64,000 nucleotides of DNA. Source: Toensbergia leucococca. Lineage: Eukaryota. The DNA is taken from assembly GCA_022813965.1 (NCBI GenBank), contig JALDZS010000002.1, forward strand, positions 62,001 to 126,000. The letters are read 5' to 3'. The position numbers were made by a program, and so were the translations under genes. Below the pieces are notes generated by a model. It was not told the DNA's origin, made no database searches, and worked only from the letters and a program-made list of their open reading frames with translations. Of this stretch, positions 12,100 to 25,937 are shown one piece after another. Position 1 is the stretch's first letter; every line of letters begins with the position of its first letter.

Positions 12100-12301
12100 G
12101 TTGAAGAAGTAGAGAAATACAATTGATATGATAATAGTTTGAAAATCGGGTTGTCTAACTCAGATGAACTTCAAAGATAAAAGCAATTTCATAAATGGAA
12201 TGAAGGTACCCAGCGGTTGTTGCACATGGATATCCACGATGACGCGCAGTCCGTCGATGGTCGATCATGTTCGGCTGCCGCTATAAATGATTTTGGCTCA
12301 C

Positions 12302-13391
12302 CTGCGTCTTCCTCTTTACCTTCTCCTCTTTCAAAAAATGTCTTTGAATACTATTCTTCTTTACACGATCACTTTCATCGAGACTATGCTTGTGAGGTCC
12401 AGCCACTCCATCTCCTTTGCCGTTTGCTCCATTTCCATTTACACGCTGAACTGTGTAGTACCTATTCCCATTGCTACCCGGGTGCTCCGGTGGTAGACCG
12501 TTACTTCCAGATGGGAAAACGCCAAACGCATGTGATTGCTGATCGATGGGTAAAACAGCCTGCCCGGCTGGATAGAAACCATTGCTTCCTGGCATATCCA
12601 GGCCGGCATTGCCAAAATCATGACCCATCATTGCCCTTGCGCCGGGGAAGTATTCTGTAATCTTGATCTTGACATCGCAGAGGTCACGTTCTCGAGCTTG
12701 GCGCTTGCGCTTTTTCTTCGTCGGGTCTTCTGACTTGGCCGTGCCGGGAGGACGTCCTTTGAGCCTGCAGTCCCAATAATGAGATACGAATGGTTTGCGC
12801 TTGTATCGTTGTGTAGAACGGTGAGAATATATGTTGTCTACATGTGGGAAATAGGTCTGAAACCTGTGCAGTCCATCAGTAGGCCGAGCAAGACTTGGTA
12901 GACATAGCGGAATACTCGTCTTCAGACAACGTGATAATATCATCAACGTCAAACAGCCTTTTCCTCCAAATTTCGAGGTCAGGCGGATTTGGTATCATTT
13001 TCAAATTACTGAAGTGTCCTTCAGTCGTACCTGCGCCCGTCTCGGACAATGGGAGCATGTCATTCTCATTCTGCAATCGACCCATAGCATCATGTTGTAT
13101 GTAGGGCTGACTAGGTACTTGGGCTTGAGGCGTAAGAATACCAAATTGGCCTCCTTGGTGGAAGGTGTTGCTGTTCTGCTGGGGGGTATTGGGCACATTG
13201 GATCGAATCTCATGAAATCGAGTGAAGACATTGCGCGACTGCAAATGTTGATCATTGTCCTGGTTTGCAAGCTGAGGATGGAATTGAAGCAGGTCTGGAT
13301 GATCGAGGTCGAAGGTCAGATTTGGATGGGTATGATGGAGCTGGGGTTGAAAAGCCCCGTTAGCGAATTGTTGTGCTAGAGGTTCTTCCAT
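12302..13391 (-). CDS. Putative WRKY-GCM1/AFT-like zinc DNA-binding domain exons, spliced in frame to the GST (long isoform 13391..10962)
   Basis: Exons 13391-12916 and 12863-12302 encode HYWDC-x29-C...GPHKH with a basic NLS (KKKRKRQARER). Phase-0 donor GTGAGC at 12301 matches the phase-0 acceptor CAG at 12073. Confidence 0.75.
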
Positions 13392-14129
13392 TGTGGATAT
13401 TTCCAGCGCTTCCTTGGTTGAAACGGCGAGAGGTCTGCTGCTCTGAAAAGCGGCGTTGAGTTTTTGTCAGACTAAAAACACATGCCTGTTGTAAATTAGC
13501 TTGCGGAGTAGATTAGTGGCGTATAAGGTATGGAACTGTAATATTCTAGGAGCCAGACCGGACCGAGAAGCGGCATGAAAACAGCGAACTCGGGGTGAAA
13601 CCCATTTCACTACGAGTGCCTATGTGCTATCCCACCACAACCCTATTGTTCAAGAAGCCTGATGCTGTCCCGACTTGGCTCTGAAATCGCCTATCATGTC
13701 CGCCTGGATGCTACGCTTGTGAACGACCTTCATACAGCTATTGTTAGAACCGGTGGGCATGAAGGTCTATCGCAGGACTTTCTTTAGCCCAATTGAGTGT
13801 GCAGTCTTCTGCTTGACTCGTGCTTGTGTTTGAAGTATCCAAATTGACGACTCATTGCAAAGTAGTGTCTAGCTTCGGATACATTATTCAAGACTAAATT
13901 GAGTGACTCTGTTGAAAAATCGGAGGAGTAAGCTTTGTTCACATTCGCAATGCTGGTCGCAAATTGCACGATGCACCAACGAAGCACATCATTGCTACTA
14001 CCTTGGATAGACAGGGCATTACAGTTTGTGAAGCTGATATGTATATATTATTTTGCTACTGCTTTCTGATTTGCCTATATTACTCTTTAAATCTTTCTAA
14101 AGCAAAATCAACGGACTAGGATTGAAGCA

Positions 14130-14825
14130 ATGTCTCTTCTAAACATGCAGTCAACAAAATTTATGTCCGGCGCAAGGAGCTCCTTCTCACTGGTAGATGG
14201 CACAAACACAGACACACCGCAGGAGTTGATTGTGGTATCACCCTACGCCTCGAGGTCTCATTTAATGGATATGAGCACCCTCGATATGCCAAATCAATTG
14301 ATGACCAAAGCTTTGACGCTATTAAGATCTCTACGAAACGACTATGCCACAGCTCCGTACACATCTTCCTTCAATTGGAGTGCTGTTGTCAGTTCCCTGG
14401 CGCATCTTGCCAAAGCCGAAGAGTATACGTTGCGAAGTCAAGAATTCTATATCGTGGTTTTTAGATCTCAAATTCCTCCAACGTCTAGCCGCACACGCCT
14501 TGCAGAGCTCGATGAAGAAAGTCATCTTGAAGCGATGGAGAGTGGGGGCCTTTTAAAGTATTGGTTCGGCGAGCCTGATGTGACAGGAAGAAACCTAGCA
14601 ACATGTAAGGTCATTTCAATTCAATTGGAAGCCAAGAAATAGGCACTGATTGCAACAGGTGTCTGGCGCAACCGTGAGGATGCGAAACTGGGGAGTTCTG
14701 GGAAGGGACACCATCAAGCTATGCGAGCAACAAAGGGCTTGTACACAGAATGGGGGATTCAACGGCTTAAGCTAGTCGTGGATGATGGGATAAAGGATTG
14801 GCGTATCATCGAGTGGGAGGACTGA
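14130..14825 (+). CDS. Conserved fungal protein, UPF0643-like
   Basis: FYIVVFRSQ...LDEESHLEAMESGGLLKYWFG...RNLATC|VWRNREDA...LYTEWGIQRL, with one intron at about 14605-14658. Confidence 0.7.
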
Positions 14826-15229
14826 GTCTGGTGCTCTCCGATTCCATTTGCATCTTTCATGGACCCGCTATATTCCCCACCAGTACCCGTCTATATAGAC
14901 GCTTTTCTCTCATACCTTAACTTGTAAGGAATCTTCAATCCCTTTCCAATCATCCAATCATACGTGAAGCCGGTCCGTAAAGTAGCGGTGCATTGTAGAT
15001 AACCGAGCCTAGTCCCGATTGCGATCAAGCCCGTATTTTGCACGGAGTATTCTAGCGCCAAAAACTGGGATGCTTTTTCATCCAGATCTAATATCTCATA
15101 CTCCGTGCGCAACAACCATTCCCATCCCCAATCAACCTGCTACAGTAAAACAATCTCTCAAATCTTTAGTATCTCATTGAATCGCAGCAATTCAGATCTC
15201 TCCCCATCAATACTCCACTACTCATAGCA

Positions 15230-16876
<1,647 letters not shown>

Positions 16877-17921
16877 GACATGCCTTGGGCGGAGCACAAC
16901 TGGTGCAAAGCAGAATTTCAACACGAGTTACGACGAAATGACGGTTAAAACCCCCAAAAGCATTTGTCCTTCAACGGCCATTACCGCGTCCGCTTGCTAG
17001 TCATTCATCTCAACACATGACTCTTGAGGAGTTTTTAGACGGGGTTTCTCATTCGGCAAACATTGGGGCGTCTTTACTTGACACTTCAACCATGGTCAAG
17101 TAGACGAAGATAGATTCTTTATTGTTCATCCAGGTCGGCGGTCATGGTTCTTTTGATAGCGTAGTACATAGGCATAAAGGATTCGACTTGTGTGTACCAC
17201 TTTGTTGCCTTTTGCTGCCCTCTACCTCCTCGGCGTAAGAGGGCTTTTCATGCTCTTATTCTCAGCTCATGCTTTCGATTTCACCCATTAGCGCGGACGA
17301 CACACACTCAGCGATATCAGCACTCTCAATTCGATTGATCAGCCACTGGATGAAGAGCCATTTTTGCTAGCAGCCACTGCCAAACCGCCCTCTTTGCATC
17401 GCCGCAAGCTCAACTTTGCAACTTCACCTCATAAATAACTCGCCCTCGCCCCTACCTACCCTCCTCCCCTCCTCCCCTAATTCCGAACCCACTATCCCTC
17501 TATCGGTAAGGGTAGGCAGCGTGGTAGGTAAGCAAGAAGTGAGGGGGCAAAGAGATAAATAAACGCCGATTCCTAAACTCCGTCTATGACGTCAGTGGTT
17601 CGCGCTCTGTAGTGTTGCACCATTTGTGGGATTTTTGCTAATGGAATTTGATGTATGAGTCTGTTTGCTACGTGGATGAGGGGGGGGAGGGGCAACACCA
17701 GGGGTAAGATTATATATATACATTCGAAAGATTCCAATCTTTCTATTTCCAACGGTTTCATTACAAACGCTCGAAGTTTTTGATTGAAATTTTCTTATCG
17801 AGTTTGTATTCTTGGAGAATAACGACTTTTGGTCATTTTGCAAAAGTGATTTGCGAAAAAGGTATTCTTTGAGCTTTTACGAGAGGAATAGTTTTATCAA
17901 AGTATACCTCGAATTTCAGAC

Positions 17922-18999
17922 ATGGCTACGATTGCGGGGAAAAAGATTGGGGCTGTTGGGTATGGTTTGATGGGTATGATGGCACTCTTCTTTTCCTCTT
18001 CTATCTTACTCTACTCCCTCGAACGCTTCGGATTCCTAGCTTACACGTTGGTTGTCTATTTCAGGCCTCACATGGCGCCCTACACCGAGCCCCGAAGCTG
18101 AAGCCTTCGCCGCCATGAAAACCGCCCTCAACCAAGGCGCCAACTTCTGGAACGGCGGCGAACTCTACGGCACCCCGGATTACAATTCGCTGCATCTGCT
18201 GGCCAAGTACTTTGCCGAACATCCCTCGGACTCGGAAAAGGTGGTATTGAGTATCAAAGGTGGCTTGATTCCGGGGACACATAAGCTCGACGGTGGGGAG
18301 AAGAATGTGCGCCGGAGCGTGGATGAGTGTCTGAGAGTGCTGGATGGGAAGAAGTTCCTTGATGTGTTTGAGTGTGCGCGTGTGGACCCAAATACGCCCA
18401 TTGAGACAACGATCGAGGTGCTGGCGACATATGTGAAGGAGGGGAAGCTGGGAGGGATTTCGCTTTCGGAGGTGAGGGCCGAGACGATTAGGAGGGCACA
18501 GAAGGTGCATCCGATCGTGGCGGTTGAGGTAGAGTTGTCGCTGTGGTCGAGGGATACCCTTTCCAATGGGGTGGCAGCTACTTGTGCCGAGCTTGGAATC
18601 CCGGTTGTGGCCTATTCGCCGCTTGGGAGGGGATTCTTGACGGGCCAGATCAAGAGCGTCGAGGATATTCCTGACGGGGATTTCAGGAAGTCACAGCCGC
18701 GGTTCCAGAAGGAGGCTTTGGCTAAGAATTTTGAAATGGTGGAGGAGTTGCAGAAGCTAGGGCGGAAGAAGGGGTGTACACCTGCGCAGTTGGCGTTGGC
18801 TTGGGTGAAGCAGTTGAGTGGGAAGCCGGGGTTGCCGGTCATTGTTCCGATTCCTGGAGCGACGACCGAGAAGAGGATTTTGGAGAATATGCATGAGGTT
18901 GAGTTGAGTAAGGAGGATTTGGATGAAATTGATGCTATCTTAGATAAGACTGAGATACATGGGGGCCGGTATGACAAGAATATGCCGATTGAGGGTTGA
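17922..18999 (+). CDS. Aldo-keto reductase (pyridoxal reductase-like)
   Basis: GYGLMG|LTWR, NGGELYG, ECARVD, AYSPLGRGFLTG and PIPG motifs. One intron at about 17974-18064. Confidence 0.9.
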
Positions 19000-19476
19000 T
19001 AGGCGCTGGTAAGGAGATTATAAACAGATAGCATCAGAGCAATTTCAAGGGTATAAGCTCTTGGACTCCATTAAAGTGGCTTGAATCAAAACAATTTGTC
19101 CAAAATTCCATAGGTCTAGCTTGATGTCTGTTCGATTAGCATATCGGCAAAAGAATTGCGAGGGAGAGGAACAGTAACACATTGTACGTGGTAAATATGT
19201 CAGATCAAGTGTAGGTTTTAAGGAGTCGACTTGCGGCTTCGTACTGAGATGAAACCGTCCGAATTGCAGAATTCTCATGCTTGTTCATCTTGTGTGAAAA
19301 TGGATGCGAGGAAGAAATGCTAGATTGTTTCCTTACCAGATGAATTCTTCTCAAAATCCAGACAGAAAACGCCCATTGCATCTCATATTCACCGTCCAAT
19401 TGCTGATAAGCCTGGTATATTCTCTGTCTCTATTCGTCAACGGACTTACAATAGATTTTCGATTTTATATCGAACC

Positions 19477-19758
19477 TTATTTCTTCCCTGAGCCTTTCCC
19501 CTTCTGAGTCAGGTCCTTCTTCGTGGCAGCCTGGGCTTCAGCCATGGCTTTGTAATCGACTTTGGGCCACTCCCGAGGCTCGATGGCTGGGTAGTTCTTC
19601 ATAAAGCCTTCTGAATCGTCGGGCTCCTCAGTAAGGATTTTGCGCTCCTTTCCTTCGGTTTTGGGCTGTTTTCCTGGCAAGTATTGCTTCAGCAGGTCTG
19701 TGTATGATGTTTTTGCGTCGTAGTAAGCGTCGACGTCAGCCACGAAGTCGGGAGACAT
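19477..19758 (-). CDS. Hypothetical 93-aa charged protein
   Basis: MSPDFVADVDAYYDAK... follows a CA-rich leader and aaccATG. The ORF could extend to 19935. No family recognised. Confidence 0.4.
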   Translation of the reverse strand: MSPDFVADVDAYYDAKTSYTDLLKQYLPGKQPKTEGKERKILTEEPDDSEGFMKNYPAIEPREWPKVDYKAMAEAQAATKKDLTQKGKGSGKK

Positions 19759-20014
19759 GGTTCTAAGGATAGCTGATTGAGTTTTGGATGATATGATAGG
19801 GTTAGGTATGTTGAAATTGAATGCAGTCATAAGAAACATGCTGTACCAAGTAGAACTCCCCACGGACACCTCAGCCCTACCCGTGCTTATCGGCCAGACC
19901 TCGGGCCATCCCGTCTTCATCCTCAGATGTTCCATCTCATCGCTTCTACTCGTAGCTGTACTCCGTACTCACTTTACCATTCACTACCGTGTCAGTTTCT
20001 GACCAATTGTCACC

Positions 20015-21190
20015 ATGGCCGACTCCCCACCAGGCTCCCCGCTTTCCTCCCACGCGTCCAGTGAATTCACAGAAGATGTCAAGACAGAGGAACGGGAACC
20101 AAGCCTGGATGCTCTCCCGGACCATGCCGATACCCATCTAATGCCTCCCGCCAAAAGACAGCGGACAGGCCAGTTCTCCCGCAGATCTACACCCTTTTCG
20201 CATGAAGAACAAGAAGACATTTCGTCGGATTCCTCACGAGACATCCCTGGCTCTCCGCCAGGTATGGCATTATCGCAGACGCAGGAAGATGAAGCCTTGC
20301 AAGAGCAGGTTACTGTTTGCAAGTGGTTTGAGTGCCCGCTGGGAGATCTGGGGAACATGGACGCTTTGGTGATGCATATACACGACGATCACATAGGGAT
20401 CAGGCAGAAGAAATATGCTTGCGAGTGGGAAGGCTGCTCCCGCCTGAACATGAATCACGCAAGCGGCTACGCTCTCCGGGCCCACATGCGAAGTCACACA
20501 AAAGAGAAGCCATTCTATTGTGCCTTACCAGGTCAATTGTCCCGGCTATGAAAACACAAAGATCATCGCTAACAGTTCCCAGAGTGCGACCGCTCCTTCA
20601 CCCGCTCCGACGCCCTCGCAAAACACATGCGTACAGTCCACGAAACCGAAGCACTCCGCCCATCCGACCCCATCCCTCGAAACCACTCGGCCGCCCAAAT
20701 GAAACCCCAGCGCCTAAAGCTCTTCGTCAGCTCCAAACCCCCCGACAGCGATCAAGCCCACCGTGACGGCACCTCCGCCAACTCCCCTACCCCAACTTAC
20801 CACAACACCGAACTCGAGCTAGACTCGCTCCCCCCACCTCCGTTCGAGTATCCTCCTGACATCCATTTCTCTGAAGAAGAATTGGCCATGCCCCCTGACC
20901 AGCTCTTCCGACTGTTGCGCCGACAGGTCCACTGGGCTGAAGAGGACAATCAGGAGCTGAGGGATGAAATCGAGGCGCTAGAGGCGAAGAGGAAGGAGGA
21001 GTGGCAGGCGAAGGAGTTGGTTTTGGCAAACGTGATGGAAGCGGAGCTGGCGAATGCTGTGAGCAGGGGGGAGAATATGGAGAAAATACTCCGGCTGAAG
21101 GATGATTTACCGCACCCCATGTTGCCTATAACTGGGCAGGTGCCGTGGTATCGAATTGTGGAGCCGGAGACCAGGGAAGGGGTGACGTGA
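20015..21190 (+). CDS. C2H2 zinc-finger protein (GLI/YY1-like fingers; resembles INO80 subunit Iec1-type proteins)
   Basis: CKWFEC...HIHDDH, CEWEGC...HMRSHTKEKPFYC and CDRSFTRSDALAKHMRTVH, then a coiled coil. Intron at about 20532-20583. Confidence 0.8.
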
Positions 21191-21477
21191 TGCTTCTTGG
21201 ATTTCTTAGGAAGCATGGCTCGGGACTTGCTGGCTGGAACTGACGTTCATTCAATCTCGGTGGACTTATAGCTTTGTCATTTGCACATCATAGGGTAGGC
21301 TGCATGCTGGAAAATGTCGACGACATCTACGAGAAAACGAATCAGCTTAATGGTCTCTTTAAGAAAATCTAGAATCTAAAAATCTGCAATTTTGTGACAT
21401 ACGAGCCAACTAAAATAAATGCACCTTGGGTATCTAAGTCAAAGACGCACGACTCCTCTGCAACTCCCTGCCCCAAA

Positions 21478-22755
21478 CTACACACATACCCCGTCCAACT
21501 CCCTCCAAAACACACCAAAGTTCCCATCCCCCTCCTTTTCCCCTCCCTCCTCCAAAACCGCAAAAACAACCCTCTCCCACCACCCGCCACCAAACTCCGC
21601 CTCAGCGAAAACCTCCTTCCAACACGTCACAACCTCACCCCTCGGATTCCCAAACGCCCCGCATCCCAGTGCCCCGAGCACCAAAATCCGATGCCCCCTT
21701 ACAGCCGCAACCCTCAACACGACCCGCATCTTCTCCTTCATCGCCCTCCGATCGCCCCAATCCGAGTACCTCTCCTCCCCATTCGCATTCAGCCCAACTT
21801 TGGGATCTCGCACCGCGGCAACGCTGACGACGCTCAAGACGGGCAATTGGTCTGGTTTGGACAAGTCGAGTAGGTCGTGACCCTGGCTTATGTTTTGGCG
21901 GATTATGACGACGCTAGGGCTGTAGATGCTGCTAGTGGGTGCGAGGGGGTAGAAGCGGCGTTTTAGGGTGAAAGAGAGGCTGCTGCGGTAGCAGAGGGCT
22001 TCTTCTTGGGCTAGGGCGCCTTTGAGCCAGCCGCCGCCGCCGTGGTGGGCGTTGGCCATGTTGAGGATGAGGACTGGCTTTTTTGGAGTTGCGGTGGTAA
22101 GGGTGGTGGTGTTAGAGGAGAGGGCGATGGCGGCGTCGATGGTGTCGCTGTTTAGGACTTGGATGGGAGTTGGGGGGAAGTGGGGGCAGAAGCGGGGGAG
22201 GAGGTGGGGAGTGTTAGGCGCTTCGTGCAGGATTCCTGTAGCGGGGGCGGTGGGGAGAGATTTTAGGAGCGATGGGAGGAGGGACTTGGTCTCTTGCGCT
22301 ATGAGGGCGAGGAGGGTGCTTCGGGTTGAGGAGGGGATGGGTGGGGGTGCTTGGTGGAGATTGGCGCGGCGGGAGGGGTAGAGGTTTATGGAAGACGGTG
22401 TTGAGGGGGTTTGGGCGAAGGGAGCTGGGGTGGGGGCATGTTCTGATGCTTGTGTGGACTGGATTGGTTTGGAAAAGTAGGGGGATTGGTTTGGTGGTTG
22501 TTTGTTGCTGGGCAAGAAGAAGGCTGATGTGAGGGTGCTTTGGACGAGCTTTTGGGCCTTTGGCGTGGGATTTGGGTTGGGCTCTAACATGAGCGAATTT
22601 TGAGATGGATATCTTGAGGAGTCGTACAGTCTGGAGGATTGAGACTCTGCAGGATTAGAATTAAGTAATCCTGGAATCGATGGCGGCTGATTCCCCATGA
22701 ATTCGCCAAAGGCACAATTCGAATCAAATCGCCAGCTAGACGGAATATTTAGCAT
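21478..22755 (-). CDS. Microbial-type poly(ADP-ribose) glycohydrolase macrodomain protein (DUF2263/TIGR02452-like)
   Basis: LNMAN...GGGWLKGALAQEEALC and LVLGALGCGAFGNP signature motifs after a low-complexity N-terminus. Confidence 0.85.
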   Translation of the reverse strand: MLNIPSSWRFDSNCAFGEFMGNQPPSIPGLLNSNPAESQSSRLYDSSRYPSQNSLMLEPNPNPTPKAQKLVQSTLTSAFFLPSNKQPPNQSPYFSKPIQSTQASEHAPTPAPFAQTPSTPSSINLYPSRRANLHQAPPPIPSSTRSTLLALIAQETKSLLPSLLKSLPTAPATGILHEAPNTPHLLPRFCPHFPPTPIQVLNSDTIDAAIALSSNTTTLTTATPKKPVLILNMANAHHGGGGWLKGALAQEEALCYRSSLSFTLKRRFYPLAPTSSIYSPSVVIIRQNISQGHDLLDLSKPDQLPVLSVVSVAAVRDPKVGLNANGEERYSDWGDRRAMKEKMRVVLRVAAVRGHRILVLGALGCGAFGNPRGEVVTCWKEVFAEAEFGGGWWERVVFAVLEEGGEKEGDGNFGVFWRELDGVCV

Positions 22756-23258
22756 CCACCCACCACCTCAACTCTTGTCCTGAAGCACTCGAGCTACTTC
22801 AATAATGACGACGCCTCGTGATGCACTTGGCTAATTTCGCGCGTCATAGTCAAAGAGCTTTGGTCATTTCTCTACATTGCCAATCGCCTCTCCATCAACT
22901 TTCAAATATTCTGTGCGAGAATCAATTAAGATTTCACTTCAAGCATGCATCAGTCTGTAATCAGGGGCACAATTTATACGTCGATGCTGAAGCAGAAGGA
23001 TTGGTGCGTCTAATAGTGCAGCATGCAAGATGCATCAAGATACGAGTATATCCTTGTTGCTGAAACCATGTACGACTCGTTGCGGGAAGATTCAGTCTTT
23101 CTATCTACATATAGTTATGGATCTCTGCGATGGATTGCCATTCATTTGCTCTGCTCGTTCCCTTATGAGCCGTCTCTTTTTAAAAGTCCTTGACTTCATA
23201 AAAAGATTTCTCATTACATCGTACGGAACATTGTTCATATCAAGCATCTATCTTGATC

Positions 23259-24347
23259 ATGCTATTCCTTACTCTAATATCCTTTATATCTTTGACGATT
23301 GTTGGGGTCAAAGCACAGAGTTCGTCAACGGATCCCACAAACCTCGTCAATTGGCCTTCCTGCGCGGTATGAAACATTTCGTGTCCACGATTGTCCACAG
23401 AGGAAACGTCAAGTAACTATCGATTCAGCGATATTGCCTTCCCCTTGGCTTTGGTCCCCCGGCCAATTGTGGCAGTCTGTCTAATAGGACTTGTATTTGC
23501 CAAGCCCCGGCATTCAGTGAAGCTATCGCGGTCTGCGTGACCCAACGCTGTAGTAGTTCGATAGAACATCAACGTCCGTCGGACCGCCTTGTTATGCTTT
23601 GCTCATTGTTACATTTAGTGTTCGTTATGAAAATATGAAGTTCTTGTCTAACAATTAAACAGAGCTCCAGGAATTGGAAGGCTCACTCTGTGCTCCCATC
23701 GGCGGGTACTCGCCGGCCGTGGCGAATGCCACAAGAGATTTCCTAGCAGCCTGGGCCGCTAATCAAACTCTCCCCCAATGTGCAGTACGTCAGCTGTGAT
23801 TTTAATACCGCATGGTGAAAAATGGAATTAATGCATACCTCTGGTAGCAAGCGTGTGGTGACGAGGCCCTCCAACAAAGCGACTGTGGTAGCGCTAGCAA
23901 CTTGTCCTGCTTATGCCGAGATCCATCCTACCAAGGCCCAGTCGCAGCGTGCGAAAAGAACTCGTGTACTGCAAATGAATTGCAAGGTACGTTCAAGTTC
24001 TGTTCGCCCTTATACATACCTACGACGGTCTTGACCACGCTTTCCTTTCCCCAGAACTCGTCGCATATGTTTTGCCAGCGTGCGACCCCTATGGCGGTGT
24101 GCTTCCTCCCGATGCGGCGGCGAGTGCCATCGTCGCGTCTGCCGAGTCAGTCATTGATGCTAGCTCCACGCCGTCAGCGAAGCCTGGTGGCATTGGGGGC
24201 AGCTCCGATACGTCTACCACAGCAATCGTACCTACACCATTGGCTTTCACTGGTCGAGCACCGGCTTCAAGCCCTGACCTTGCAGGTTATATTTTGTTCA
24301 CAATAACATTTACAAGTGCGTCGGGGTGTGTGATATTGTGGCTGTAA
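23259..24347 (+). CDS. Secreted, probably GPI-anchored protein with two tandem CFEM domains
   Basis: Five exons assembled by hand: signal peptide MLFLTLISFISLTIVGVKA, CFEM1 (WPSCA|RYC...NCGS...TCIC...VC...RC...LC), CFEM2 (LPQCA|QAC...DCGS...SCLC...AC...SC...AC), an S/T linker and a hydrophobic C-terminus. Confidence 0.85.
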
Positions 24348-24761
24348 AAAGGTGCCCGGGCTTTATAACCTTCTCTCTTCCTTAGGCTATTAGATAGATT
24401 GAAACTGATCCAAGATGCAGTAGAACGCAAGATATAAGGCATATGGAAGAGGGAGGTAGCCCATTCTTGAGCTGTAACCAAACTGTTTTTATGGAAATGG
24501 ACATACGGGTTCACTGACCGCATGTATGATATATATCGTCAAACAATGCTCAAAAAGCCTATTCCGGATCTGCTACAAGAGACGGCGTAGATCACAATTG
24601 CCAGCAATGTCCCACAGCTCCGAGACGCCGGCGCTTCAGACGTAGTGGAGGAAATCAACAAAAACAATCACAGTAGGTTCATTCGCACTACAGGGAAACA
24701 AGTCCCAACCATAACACTCAACCCTGAACCCCCTTCCAACTCCCATTATCCCCTCCCCCCT

Positions 24762-25517
24762 TCACAACCCCCCCACCCTCCTCCTCCCCCCCCTCTTCTC
24801 CTCCGCAACAACATTCCCAAACGGCCACCCACTAACCCTCTTATCCCTCCCCGTCCTCCGACTAACCCTCTCCGCTCCCACCCCAAAAAGCAAGCACCAC
24901 AACCCCCCAGCCGCCAAGCTCCCGTACCCGACCAAGCTCAGCGCAAACGCCGTCTGCCCCCCCCCGGAGGTGTACCGCACGTAGGCGTAGATGGCGCAGG
25001 CGGTGTGGAAGGTTGTGGTTAGCAGGAGGGTGGGGAGGAGGTATTGCGTGGGAGCGGAGTCGGCTGGGGGCGGAAAGGAGGGGTGAGCTTTGCCCTCCGG
25101 TTTTTTTTGAGATGTAGATTGGATTGGAGGGGGAGATTTTTTTACTTTCAACCAAGGATTCACCAAGTGGGATGGCTCCTGTTAGAAGCAGTGCCAGCAG
25201 CGCGAGCGTGATGAGTGCGAAGCCTAGCGAGCGGCAGAAGTAGATTTCTAAATCTGAATTTCACGGCACCGCGTCGTCAGCTGTGTGCGTTTTTCCTGTT
25301 TTTTTTCTACTCGTGGATTTTCTTTGAGGTGGTAGGGTGGTGTGAGGTGAGGTTATCGGAGCATTTGCGTGCGTACTGGGATTGAGGGCAGACCTGTTGA
25401 GTTGCGCGGGGTGGGGGAGAGGAGGGTGATGGTTAGGGAGGGGGTGAGAAGGAGGGGGAGGGCTTGGACGGTAAGCCAGGTGGATGTGAGAGTGGTGTGG
25501 GTTCTTAGGGCGGCCAT
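24762..25517 (-). CDS. Conserved hypothetical multi-pass membrane protein
   Basis: Spliced exons MAALRTHT...QALPLLLTP, LEIYFCRSLGFAL..., and ...GLWCLLFG...RVSRRTGRDKRVSGWPFGN give about four TM segments. Confidence 0.65.
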
Positions 25518-25937
25518 TGTTTGGAGGGATGATTTGGGGAGGAGGGGTGGTGCTGGATGTGATTATTTTCTGTGGAGGGAGGTTGAGTGGTTCCCGTTGT
25601 GGGGCAGGGTGTGGAAATGCCCCGCTTTATCACGGTTAAATTTGTCGTAGGACACTTAGGCGATCGGCGGCTCATTTCAAACCCTTCCTCGGCGGGGTTC
25701 TCTTATAAGAGGTGCTGGTTGAGAGTTGAGCTTCTGTTGTTCCTAGAATCCCTTCACAGGAATCTCAGGTAGCCAAATCAGATTTGACAGCCTTCCGAAC
25801 GGCCATACTCTGTAAAACTTTGGTCTCGTTTGCGGTAAATTGACCGTCAAATTCATTAGGGTATCATCTGCTTGCTGGTCCTTGCGTCTGCATTTCAAAA
25901 TCCAAATTCCTTTATGCGATAGCCCATCTCCATGCGA

